This document shows, piece after piece, positions 27,165-35,285 of a stretch of 64,000 bases of DNA. A program made the translations under genes and the position numbers. The stretch is taken from IMG/VR virus record IMGVR_UViG_3300024348_000021; one strand, given 5' to 3'. Positions within the stretch are counted from its first letter, which is position 1; every line of letters begins with the position of its first letter. Below the pieces are notes generated by a model, which had not been told where the DNA came from, made no database searches, and saw only the letters and a program-made list of their open reading frames with translations. This stretch comes from an uncultured virus (IMG/VR IMGVR_UViG_3300024348_000021). Taxonomy: Duplodnaviria > Heunggongvirae > Uroviricota > Caudoviricetes.

Positions 27165-28181
27165 TTAATAATTTATATTATATTTTGTTTTTATTTCTAT
27201 AAGTTGTGTTAGATAGTAATGATTAGCTTTTTTCTTAGTAGTCTCATCATTAAGCACCTTATCTAAATGTGTATCTAGAAAAGGATCTTTACCTGCGTGA
27301 TATGCTCCTTTATAGAAAGCAGGATATCCCATACTAGTCTGTCCTGTAATCCCTGCATTGTGTAACAATGTTGTTCTGTCTAGCTTCTCTATAGGATCTG
27401 AAGACCAACAGAATTCCAATTCAGGAATGTTTTTTGTTTCTTTCTCTCTAAGCCAAACGTTCCATAACACAGCCCACATATCTGCACACCAGCTTTGAAA
27501 CCCTTTGTCTTCATTTTTGAAGAACTCTTTATTTATATTCTGAAGGTAGACACGTATTAATATACAGTCATTCATTACCTTCTTCCAAAACTCACTATCT
27601 ATATTCTTAAGGAAGTATTGAGCTCCTCCTGAATGATCATTGTTAGCTTCAGCTATCTCTCTTGTTATACCCACTAAGCTTGTAAGCTCAGCTAAGACAT
27701 CTCTAGTTCTATACTCTTCCAGCTTATCTGGTAGAACATCTCTTTCTTTACTATCAAAATATGAAGCGTTGATATAACTGTTTGTATCAGACAAGTAGTT
27801 TACATCATCATCTTTAAATTTATCTATATCAAACTTTTCTGTGAAGATTACATCACAATCACAATAAAAAACTGCTTTGGATACCATCTCAGGATTGTCC
27901 TGAAAATATCTCATTAAGCAGTATGGACGTAGGATAGGAATATAAACTCCTAAATACTTACTTACATCTCCTGTATCCTTGTAGAAAGCAAACTTTGCTT
28001 CTGGATACAGTTCCATGATCTTCTCCCACTTTCCATTGTATTCTCTAAAACTAGGTGTATACACTAAGACAATTGCCTTGTCTGAATGTCCAAGCTTCTT
28101 CAAGCTTTCCAACCATAGATGTACCTGCCATGTGTAGTATACATCATCTGGCTGTGCACAGATAAATTTAAGATCCTTCAT
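27165..28181 (-). CDS. GT-A glycosyltransferase resembling plant peptidyl-serine galactosyltransferase / Hyp arabinosyltransferase (GT96/GT95-like)
   Basis: Ordered motifs YYTWQ, YIPILRPY, FYCDCDVIF (DxD), GGAQY, WCADMWA, LHNAG. Confidence 0.6.
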   Translation of the reverse strand: MKDLKFICAQPDDVYYTWQVHLWLESLKKLGHSDKAIVLVYTPSFREYNGKWEKIMELYPEAKFAFYKDTGDVSKYLGVYIPILRPYCLMRYFQDNPEMVSKAVFYCDCDVIFTEKFDIDKFKDDDVNYLSDTNSYINASYFDSKERDVLPDKLEEYRTRDVLAELTSLVGITREIAEANNDHSGGAQYFLKNIDSEFWKKVMNDCILIRVYLQNINKEFFKNEDKGFQSWCADMWAVLWNVWLREKETKNIPELEFCWSSDPIEKLDRTTLLHNAGITGQTSMGYPAFYKGAYHAGKDPFLDTHLDKVLNDETTKKKANHYYLTQLIEIKTKYNINY

Positions 28182-28208
28182 ATATGTAGTTTATTGGTTT
28201 TCTCTTTA

Positions 28209-28346
28209 TTAAGGAGCAGGTGTGGTAGTTGTTGTTGTTGTCCCACCTTTATATAATATACCTGTAAGATATTCTAATTGCTTAGATATCTGCCAAAGTA
28301 ATTTAGACTTTTGACTCCAGCCTATTTGTTGTGAAGGTATTGCCAT
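28209..28346 (-). CDS. microprotein with poly-Thr tail sharing its N-terminus with the BclA-like protein (not in the ORF track)
   Basis: [45 protein letters not shown]. Confidence 0.8.
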   Translation of the reverse strand: MAIPSQQIGWSQKSKLLWQISKQLEYLTGILYKGGTTTTTTTPAP

Positions 28347-28356
28347 TTTATTTTAT

Positions 28357-29358
28357 TTATCCTACTTGATTTACTGTTACAATAAGACCAGGAATAGCAG
28401 GAATGTTTCCTGTAGCTGCAGCTGATTGAATAGTTATTCCATCATCTACATTACTATTTATTTCCCATTTAAGTTGTACATATTCATTAGCACTTGTTGT
28501 CTTAAAGAAAAAGTTCCATGCTGGTACAACATATATAGAGTTGGAAGGAAATCCTATTTGTGAAGCACTATTAGGTACACTTACACCATTTTGTGCTAAC
28601 CAAATATGTATATGTGATGCAGTATTACCAGCAGTCTTTTGCATCTGTGCACTAAACGCTATACTATATACACCAGGATTAGCTATTGTTATTTGATTAC
28701 CAGAAACAATTGAAACACCACTGTTCCAAGAATCTGAATTATTAAGACCCATTGTAAGAACAGTTCCTGCAAGACCTGTTTGACTTGTAGTATCATAGAA
28801 AGATCCTAAATAACCACCAACAGCTCCATTAGCTCCACTAGTTCCAGCAGTTCCTGTAAGACCAGCTGTTCCAGCTGTACCACTTACTCCTGAACTTCCT
28901 GATTCACCTGATGTTCCTGAAGTACCATCTATACCAGAAGTACCAGTTTCGCCACTTGTTCCTGATGAACCATTATCACCTGAAGTTCCAGCTGTTCCAT
29001 TTATTCCACTAGTACCATCTATACCAGAAGTTCCATCAATTCCTGAAGTACCACTTGTTCCACTAACTCCATTAGTACCACTGATACCATTAGTACCACT
29101 GATACCATTAGTACCACTGATACCATTGGTACCACTGATACCAGACGTACCAGAAAGACCTGAAGTTCCAGACGTACCTACAACACCACTAGTTCCTGAT
29201 GTTCCTGATAAACCAGCAGCACCACTAGTACCAGACGTACCTGTTCCACCACCACCTGCGTTGTATGCAACACCATTTATAGCCTCTAATTGCTTAGAAA
29301 TTTGCCACAAGAGGTTTTCTTCTGTTCCCCATCCTATCTGTCTGCTTGGTATAGCCAT
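28357..29358 (-). CDS. Gly-Thr-Ser repeat fibre protein with C1q/BclA-CTD-like head
   Basis: [10 protein letters not shown]...[10 protein letters not shown] head, long (G-T/S-x)n stalk, C-terminal beta-sandwich ([32 protein letters not shown]). Confidence 0.7.
   Translation of the reverse strand: MAIPSRQIGWGTEENLLWQISKQLEAINGVAYNAGGGGTGTSGTSGAAGLSGTSGTSGVVGTSGTSGLSGTSGISGTNGISGTNGISGTNGISGTNGVSGTSGTSGIDGTSGIDGTSGINGTAGTSGDNGSSGTSGETGTSGIDGTSGTSGESGSSGVSGTAGTAGLTGTAGTSGANGAVGGYLGSFYDTTSQTGLAGTVLTMGLNNSDSWNSGVSIVSGNQITIANPGVYSIAFSAQMQKTAGNTASHIHIWLAQNGVSVPNSASQIGFPSNSIYVVPAWNFFFKTTSANEYVQLKWEINSNVDDGITIQSAAATGNIPAIPGLIVTVNQVG
29069..29140. repeat. 18-bp tandem repeat, 4 copies (encodes GISGTN)
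   Basis: CCATTAGTACCACTGATA x3 perfect, plus one copy with a single mismatch. Confidence 0.85.
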
Positions 29359-29377
29359 GATTGCGAAAATTAATGTT

Positions 29378-29412
29378 CAAAGATATGTTACTTTTTAATA
29401 TTAACAATGAGT
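29378..29412 (-). promoter_or_regulatory. Bacteroidota-type promoter upstream of the BclA-like gene
   Basis: Minus strand ACTCATTG-N19-TATCTTTG. Confidence 0.55.
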
Positions 29413-29459
29413 GTCAATAATTTACAATAACAATTTTAGTTATATGTGTTTTAACTTTT

Positions 29460-29630
29460 TTAGTTAGAGAATCTTCCATCAATCTTCCACATGATTTCAT
29501 TCCCTATTTTGGTCTCAAGCTCAGGATTTACCACACTTAAAGTAAGCATAGTGAGCTGAAAGCCTAACGCAAACACTACCCAGGCAAACATAAGACGTAC
29601 AAATACATCAATAAATTTTATATTTTTCAT
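29460..29630 (-). CDS. small membrane protein (not in the ORF track)
   Basis: MKNIKFIDVFVRLMFAWVVFALGFQLTMLTLSVVNPELETKIGNEIMWKIDGRFSN*; one TM helix; ATGA overlap. Confidence 0.65.
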   Translation of the reverse strand: MKNIKFIDVFVRLMFAWVVFALGFQLTMLTLSVVNPELETKIGNEIMWKIDGRFSN

Positions 29631-29749
29631 CGTCCTTGTCTATTATAAGGTTTAGTTGCTTTGTCCTTAGGACCTTTAAACTTGGTAGCTTTGCCACATT
29701 TACGCTTACCAAATGTAATTTTTCTTGAATTACCTACTGATTTTGCCAT
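29627..29749 (-). CDS. small basic protein (not in the ORF track)
   Basis: MAKSVGNSRKITFGKRKCGKATKFKGPKDKATKPYNRQGR*; C-terminal KxYxxQGR motif typical of small phage proteins. Confidence 0.65.
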   Translation of the reverse strand: MAKSVGNSRKITFGKRKCGKATKFKGPKDKATKPYNRQGR

Positions 29750-29755
29750 ATTGGT

Positions 29756-30160
29756 TTATTTTAAACTTTGAAACTGTATTAGAATAATTGCTATTAATAT
29801 AATCTTTTGAGCTAAATGGTATCTCTCCATATTATCTATACTACTTTCTCTTCTAAAGAAAATGTCTCTGTTAGCCTCATACTTCCATTTGTATTGCATT
29901 GCATCATAAAGCTTTCTTCCTAGACTGTCACATTTGTTCTGTAATGAGTCTATAATAAGTCTATTTGCCTGAGCATCAACCTTTAATGAATCTATTTGAA
30001 ACTTATATTGTTTATATAATGTATTAATTGCATTCCCTTGTTCAATGGTCATTATCACCACAGAATCCCTACCTATCTTTCTTGTCTTTGGGTATTGGGA
30101 ATAGGATGAAATTGCTACCAGTGTCAGAACTAACACTATCAAGAGCTGCTTTAACTTCAT
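29756..30160 (-). CDS. secreted/membrane coiled-coil protein (lysis cassette, spanin candidate)
   Basis: Signal peptide, coiled coil, hydrophobic C-terminus; overlaps the lipoprotein gene. Confidence 0.5.
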   Translation of the reverse strand: MKLKQLLIVLVLTLVAISSYSQYPKTRKIGRDSVVIMTIEQGNAINTLYKQYKFQIDSLKVDAQANRLIIDSLQNKCDSLGRKLYDAMQYKWKYEANRDIFFRRESSIDNMERYHLAQKIILIAIILIQFQSLK

Positions 30161-30410
30161 TTAATTCTATTTTGAGAGTGGTAACCTCTTCTTTAAGGTT
30201 GGTTATGTTTTGAACTGTTTCCTTTACAATCTTCTTTTGTGTCTCAGTAGCCTGAGCTTGAACCTGTAGACTTAGTTTATTATTTGTTTCAACTTTGCTA
30301 AGAAGCTCTTCAAACTCCCTGTCTTCTTGAATAGAGCTATCAATTTTTTGAGCAGTTGTAGTTTGGCATCCATAGATGAGTGGTATTAATATGATTAATA
30401 AATATTTCAT
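30069..30410 (-). CDS. coiled-coil lipoprotein (spanin candidate)
   Basis: MKYLLIILIPLIYGC lipobox followed by a coiled coil. Confidence 0.55.
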   Translation of the reverse strand: MKYLLIILIPLIYGCQTTTAQKIDSSIQEDREFEELLSKVETNNKLSLQVQAQATETQKKIVKETVQNITNLKEEVTTLKIELNEVKAALDSVSSDTGSNFILFPIPKDKKDR

Positions 30411-30712
30411 TAGTTAAGTTTTTTGATTGCTCCCAACTGTTGCAAAGTTTGCAACTGTGTAGTAGTTACAGCCTTAGCTGAATCACTAACTCTTAAAGAT
30501 TCTTGTACTCTATCTAATCTAGTTTCTACCTTATCAATACGTACATTCTGAGAAGCTGCTTGCTCTTTGAATGTTGTACGAACATCTACGTATAGGTATG
30601 AAATAGCAATGAGCACCAAGAAAAGGGTGCCCACTATTGGGTTTTTAGCAAACTCCTTAAAGCTTATTGGCAAAGGATTTGCTGAGATGTTTGTTTCTTT
30701 TTTCGCTGCCAT
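30410..30712 (-). CDS. single-TM coiled-coil protein (holin/spanin candidate)
   Basis: One TM helix (PIVGTLFLVLIAISYLYV), coupled to the endolysin. Confidence 0.5.
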   Translation of the reverse strand: MAAKKETNISANPLPISFKEFAKNPIVGTLFLVLIAISYLYVDVRTTFKEQAASQNVRIDKVETRLDRVQESLRVSDSAKAVTTTQLQTLQQLGAIKKLN

Positions 30713-31317
30713 TATATACTACCATTTAAAAGGTTATTGTATTCATTGAAGTGTTTGATACGATCTGGAAGACCAATTGTTCCACCATTAACACGTTTAG
30801 TCACCTTAGTAACTACTACGTCTGTAGCCCCCTCGTCAGCAATCTTATGTAATCCATTCTTATGGAAGAACCAAGCTGCAGATAAAAGTGGGTACTTTGT
30901 AGCTACAAGATCTGGAGTAGCTAGGATGTCATCTTCTACAGTCTTGTCAAAAGCTGTATAGTTATCCTTTCCTGTTAACTGGATGTAACCACGTCCTCTA
31001 AACTTATAGCCTTCACCAGAAGCCTGAGGACCATTACCCATACGATTAGCATAAACAATGTTAGCAATCTTTTCAGGCTTGCGTTGGTACTCTTTAGCAC
31101 TTTCAGGTGTAAAATACTTCTTAAAGATGCTCTGTAAACCAGCAGCACCATAGTTTAAGTTTTCTGTAACAACTTTGAATCCACCAGATTCATGTCCACA
31201 TTGGGCCAAGAAATGAGCTAAACGCAAAGGTGTATTGATTTCAAACTTATCTAATACACCAGGGATCTGTGCAATCACTGTATCAGGAACATGTCCTTTT
31301 AACTTGTCTATGTTCAT
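30712..31317 (-). CDS. endolysin, glycoside hydrolase family 19
   Basis: RLAHFLAQCGHESGGF, ENLNY, YANRMGN, FRGRGYIQLTGKDNY, VTKRVNGGTIGL.DR. Confidence 0.9.
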   Translation of the reverse strand: MNIDKLKGHVPDTVIAQIPGVLDKFEINTPLRLAHFLAQCGHESGGFKVVTENLNYGAAGLQSIFKKYFTPESAKEYQRKPEKIANIVYANRMGNGPQASGEGYKFRGRGYIQLTGKDNYTAFDKTVEDDILATPDLVATKYPLLSAAWFFHKNGLHKIADEGATDVVVTKVTKRVNGGTIGLPDRIKHFNEYNNLLNGSI

Positions 31318-31319
31318 AG

Positions 31320-31916
31320 TTATTTAATTTTCCAATAGCTATTAAATCCATATATAACTTGGCTATTGTTGTTTATTCCAATATGTAAACCAAATATCTT
31401 ATCCTTCTTAGTTTTGTAAAGTACTCCCCCCTGTATAGTTTGAAGTTCTAGTTGTTTGGTGTTGGTGAATCCACCACCAATAAATAGAGCCCCCTTAGGA
31501 GGAGTCTGTTTAGTGATGATGTTTGTCACAGTAATTGTTGGGATCTTATAGTTGTATTTATAAGACCTGTTCTGTAGCTCGTTTTTATGTACTGTATCAG
31601 CTACAGCTACATAGCCTAAGGTATCTAGCTTGACAGTGTCAGCGTAGATCTTCTTTGCCAAATGGGCAACGACCAAAGCATCATATTGTGCTTTAAGCTT
31701 AGGGTAGTTTGTGTCTGCTATATATTCTGGAGGTAGTGTGTCATGGATTATCTCTTTAACCTTTAACTTCTTGATAATCAATAAGTCATGATGTATCCAG
31801 GCTGTATCGTGTAACGTTACAGTATCAGCTTTTATTTGAGGAGCATTACATCCTTTGTGTTGAAGAGCCACTGTAAACAGTAAAGCCATTATTACAAATA
31901 CTAGAATTTTATTCAT
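31320..31916 (-). CDS. membrane-anchored protein (Bacteroidota phage spanin-like)
   Basis: N-terminal TM, DTV/DT repeats, C-terminal beta strands ending in WKIK. Confidence 0.5.
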   Translation of the reverse strand: MNKILVFVIMALLFTVALQHKGCNAPQIKADTVTLHDTAWIHHDLLIIKKLKVKEIIHDTLPPEYIADTNYPKLKAQYDALVVAHLAKKIYADTVKLDTLGYVAVADTVHKNELQNRSYKYNYKIPTITVTNIITKQTPPKGALFIGGGFTNTKQLELQTIQGGVLYKTKKDKIFGLHIGINNNSQVIYGFNSYWKIK

Positions 31917-32160
31917 TATCTTCAGTTTGGTTTTTCTTATTGATAAACTTGTCTACAGAAGCAATTCCAAAACAAGCTATAGTCAAAACTTTGAATGAGT
32001 CATATATGAACTCATTGACAACCAACTCTTTATGTAATGTGCCAGTAACAATGTCTGCAATTGCAAACACTACCATGATTACAAAAGAAGCAAAGCCAAT
32101 TACAGCTTTCTCATTGATTGTGTTATTGTCATCAAATAGATCAGAGAAGAACTTTTTCAT
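31909..32160 (-). CDS. putative holin
   Basis: Two TM helices and a charged C-terminus; upstream of the endolysin. Confidence 0.55.
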   Translation of the reverse strand: MKKFFSDLFDDNNTINEKAVIGFASFVIMVVFAIADIVTGTLHKELVVNEFIYDSFKVLTIACFGIASVDKFINKKNQTEDNE

Positions 32161-32443
32161 ATTTCTGTTTTTTTAATAGGTCTTTATTAGGCAATATAGC
32201 ATAATATGAGGTCATTAGAGACTCCTTAACTGGAAGATTAGAATAAGGAAAACTAGTTGTAGTCTTATACAATTGTCTCTCTAGGTTGTCAATACGTGTC
32301 TTATCTACATTAGACTGAGCCATCAAAGCTTTGACGTCAGACTTGATTTCGTTTACATCATTCCAAATTAGCAGGGCCATTGCTGATGCTAGACTTGGAA
32401 ATATCCACACTTTAAATGCGTTAATTGCAGGGGTTTCTCTCAT
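32141..32443 (-). CDS. single-TM coiled-coil protein
   Basis: Start moved to ATG 32443 (MRETPAINAFKVWIFPSLASAMALLIW). Confidence 0.55.
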   Translation of the reverse strand: MRETPAINAFKVWIFPSLASAMALLIWNDVNEIKSDVKALMAQSNVDKTRIDNLERQLYKTTTSFPYSNLPVKESLMTSYYAILPNKDLLKKQKYEKVLL

Positions 32444-32448
32444 AGCTA

Positions 32449-32477
32449 TAAATAAAAATGCACCCAAGTTGGGTGTA
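32449..32477 (-). terminator. probable terminator after the DUF2061-like gene
   Basis: Minus strand TACACCCAA-C-TTGGGTGCA followed by TTTTTATTT. Confidence 0.5.
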
Positions 32478-32500
32478 GTGTTTAAGATATTTAGATTTAA

Positions 32501-32704
32501 TTACTTCAGACCATACTTGATCCACTTGTACCATATACGCTCATGGATAAAGTATTGGATGGGCTTATAGATAAGCTCAGCTACACCAAAGGCAGCTCCC
32601 ACCCTTATAGAACCAGATATCCACCACATCAAAAGGAACCCTATTAGGGTACTGATTATCCTATAGCTAATAGTCTTAGCTACATGTCTTTTAATTAGGG
32701 GCAT
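32501..32704 (-). CDS. DUF2061-like small membrane protein
   Basis: RHVAKTISYRIISTL...YFIHERIW; start moved to ATG 32704. Confidence 0.75.
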   Translation of the reverse strand: MPLIKRHVAKTISYRIISTLIGFLLMWWISGSIRVGAAFGVAELIYKPIQYFIHERIWYKWIKYGLK

Positions 32705-32713
32705 GCTTAGGGG

Positions 32714-32745
32714 CAAAACTAAGTAAAAAAGTTGAAACTACCAAA
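32714..32745 (-). promoter_or_regulatory. Bacteroidota sigma-A type promoter (very short leader)
   Basis: Minus strand TTTG-N20-TAGTTTTG ending about 10 nt before ATG 32704. Confidence 0.65.
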
Positions 32746-32751
32746 TCTTTT

Positions 32752-33129
32752 TTAGTAGGGCTGATAGGACTTCTCCTCTACAAAATCAGAGCCAAACTTC
32801 ATATTAATTTCTTTCTTAATACGTGCTCTTTCATCATTCAATTTGTATACATTTCTAGCAAAAGCTACAAACTCTTTACCAAAGTCTTTAGCTCTCTCTA
32901 GGTCCCTGAGATCATCTTCCACCTTCCATAGCTCCTTGTTGATTTCAAACAAGTTTTTGGTAAGAGGGTAGTCAGTCATCAATGGATCTTCTGTTTTAAG
33001 AACCTCTATAAGATATATTAATTCTTTCTTAACATTCTCTAACTTAGTAGGGTCCTGTATCTTAGATGCTTTGATCATAAGTATAGTGTACTTGTCTACA
33101 ATTTCTCCTAATGAAACTTCAATTTTCAT
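32752..33129 (-). CDS. DUF6165-like protein
   Basis: EVSLGEIVDKYTIL.IK...INKELWKVEDDLR...ARNVYKLNDERARIKKEIN...EEKSY. Confidence 0.75.
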   Translation of the reverse strand: MKIEVSLGEIVDKYTILMIKASKIQDPTKLENVKKELIYLIEVLKTEDPLMTDYPLTKNLFEINKELWKVEDDLRDLERAKDFGKEFVAFARNVYKLNDERARIKKEINMKFGSDFVEEKSYQPY

Positions 33130-33161
33130 AGCAAAATGTTTTTTATTTTAAACAAAAGTAG

Positions 33162-33169
33162 TACATTTG
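33162..33169 (+). promoter_or_regulatory. -7 element driving the modification operon
   Basis: TACATTTG ending 17 nt upstream of ATG 33187. Confidence 0.55.
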
Positions 33170-33186
33170 TAGTAAATATCCAAGAC

Positions 33187-33621
33187 ATGATTATAGTTAT
33201 TTTTGGGCAGCCTGGAGCTGGTAAAACCACCATAGCCCAACACTTTGTCAAAGACACCTTTCATCATATTGATGGGGACATATTACGAGACATTTTCAAG
33301 AACAAAGATTATAGTAGGGAAGGTAGGATCAAGAACCTAAATAGAGCTAGTGATATAGCCACCTACATAAACTCTGTATACTCAAATGTAGTGTTATCAG
33401 TGGTGTATCCTTATGAAGAATGTAGAGAGTATCTAAACAAATTAAATAAAGGTGTTAAATGGATCTATCTCATCTATCAAGAAGATAGAGGAAAAGACCA
33501 ATTTAAAGTGGAAGATTTTGAGCTTCCATATATGGATAATGTAGATTTAATTCTAAACACTTCAGTAGACTCAGTGGATGTGTGTGCTGATAAAATTAAA
33601 AATGTATGCAGAATATTCTAG
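33187..33621 (+). CDS. cysC: adenylylsulfate (APS) kinase-like protein
   Basis: GQPGAGKTT, HIDGDILR, DYSREGRIKN, VYPY..R, FELP; start moved to ATG 33187. Confidence 0.7.
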   Translation: MIIVIFGQPGAGKTTIAQHFVKDTFHHIDGDILRDIFKNKDYSREGRIKNLNRASDIATYINSVYSNVVLSVVYPYEECREYLNKLNKGVKWIYLIYQEDRGKDQFKVEDFELPYMDNVDLILNTSVDSVDVCADKIKNVCRIF

Positions 33622-33998
33622 CAAAGGGTAATGGTAAAGGAAATGGTTGGGCTATGTTTATAGGTAGATGGCAACCATGGCATGAAGGACATAGATGGTT
33701 AATTGATCAACAGTTAAACCAGGGAAAGAAGGTATGTATAGCTATTAGAGATATGGAAACTGATGAAAAGAATCCATACTCAGCAATTCAAGTAATGATG
33801 AATATCACCAATGAATTAATAGATCTTGTAGAAGAGGGTATGATAAGAATCATGATTGTTCCTGATATAGAAAGTATTAATTTTGGACGTGGTGTTGGCT
33901 ATGATATCATTGAACATATTCCTCCTGCAGAAATACATGACATCTCAGCAACAAAAATTAGAGAACAAATGAATAAGAATGAAGAAGATATTTTATAA
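33606..33998 (+). CDS. HxGH-family nucleotidyltransferase (cytidylyltransferase-like)
   Basis: FIGRWQPWHEGH, NPY, GRGVGY, ISATKIR. Confidence 0.75.
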   Translation: MQNILAKGNGKGNGWAMFIGRWQPWHEGHRWLIDQQLNQGKKVCIAIRDMETDEKNPYSAIQVMMNITNELIDLVEEGMIRIMIVPDIESINFGRGVGYDIIEHIPPAEIHDISATKIREQMNKNEEDIL

Positions 33999-34797
33999 CG
34001 CATCACTGCCTAGATCTGGGTCTACATTATTGCAAAATGTGCTAGCACAAAACCCAGACATATATGCCACTCCTACTAGTGGTCTATCTACATTACTGCA
34101 ATCAGCAAAAGAAACATACAGTAGGCGATCTGAGTTTGCTGCATTAGATACAGCTCTTATGAAGAAAGCTTTCTTAGGATTTTTAAGAGGAGGTATAGAA
34201 GGATTTACTAATAATCTTTCAGACAAGCAGTATATCTTAGATAAAAGTTTTAACTGGGGAGGTGATTACTATCTATTGAAATATATGTTCAATGGAGAGT
34301 CACCAAAGATTATAATAATGGTAAGAGATTTGCGTGAAACAATTGCTTCTATGGAATCACAGTATAGATTCTCTCCACAACATGTCTATCCTAAAGTTGA
34401 TTTAGAAACTACACAACTTACTACCTTAGAAAAAAGATTAAAATATTGGGGGACTACTAATCCTTTTGGATTGACTTTAGATTTTCTTCAAGAGATATTT
34501 ACAGCTAAGATAGAGAATGAAATATTTTTTGTAAAGTTTGAGGACTTTTGTCAATTTCCAGAACCTATCATAAGGAGTTTATATAAATATTTAGAAATCC
34601 CATATTTTGCTCATGACTTTGATAACATTGAACAAGTGACTGATCAGAACGATGGGTTCTATATATTCAGTCATAAGATACGAAAACAACTAAGACCTGT
34701 TGAACCTAAGGCTTTAGATATACTTGGACCAGAAGCATGTAACTGGGTGTATAAAAATTATGAGTGGTTCTTTAAAAAGTTTAATTATGCCTTATAG
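33979..34797 (+). CDS. sulfotransferase
   Basis: 5'-PSB SLPRSGSTLL, 3'-PB MVRDLRETIAS, VKFEDF. Confidence 0.85.
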   Translation: MKKIFYNASLPRSGSTLLQNVLAQNPDIYATPTSGLSTLLQSAKETYSRRSEFAALDTALMKKAFLGFLRGGIEGFTNNLSDKQYILDKSFNWGGDYYLLKYMFNGESPKIIIMVRDLRETIASMESQYRFSPQHVYPKVDLETTQLTTLEKRLKYWGTTNPFGLTLDFLQEIFTAKIENEIFFVKFEDFCQFPEPIIRSLYKYLEIPYFAHDFDNIEQVTDQNDGFYIFSHKIRKQLRPVEPKALDILGPEACNWVYKNYEWFFKKFNYAL

Positions 34798-35284
34798 CTC
34801 AACAGCGTTTAAAGAAGAAGTAAAGCGTCACATATTAGCTAACCTACCTCTTCATACTAAAATATTAGATGTAGGTCCTGGTGCAGGTACATATGGATCA
34901 ATGTTACGTGACTACTATAATATAGATGGATTAGAAATCCATGAGCCTTATATAGATAAGTTTAACCTTAGAAGTATATACAACAAAGTAATGGTGGGAA
35001 ACATCCTAGCATTTGACGTCTCTCCATATGATTATATTATATTAGGAGATGTACTAGAGCACATACCAAAGTATGAAGCTATCAATCTGGTAGCTAAGAT
35101 TAACTCTGCAGGTAAGAAGTGTTTAATAGCTGTACCTTATCTATATGAGCAAGGAGAGTATGATGGTAATGTACATGAGATACATCACCAACCAGACTTA
35201 ACAAATGAAATATTCCTAGAGAGATATCCAAGCATGCACTTGTTATATAAAGATGCAGGATATGGATACTATATAAATTATTAA
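34787..35284 (+). CDS. class I SAM-dependent methyltransferase
   Basis: ILDVGPGAG, DGLEI, YDYIILGDVLEH; start moved to ATG 34787. Confidence 0.8.
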   Translation: MPYSSTAFKEEVKRHILANLPLHTKILDVGPGAGTYGSMLRDYYNIDGLEIHEPYIDKFNLRSIYNKVMVGNILAFDVSPYDYIILGDVLEHIPKYEAINLVAKINSAGKKCLIAVPYLYEQGEYDGNVHEIHHQPDLTNEIFLERYPSMHLLYKDAGYGYYINY

Positions 35285-35285
35285 T

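Noticed and set aside
28860..29250. Repeat tracts as a possible CRISPR array
   Set aside because: Repeats are contiguous, in-frame coding triplets without unique spacers; no cas operon.
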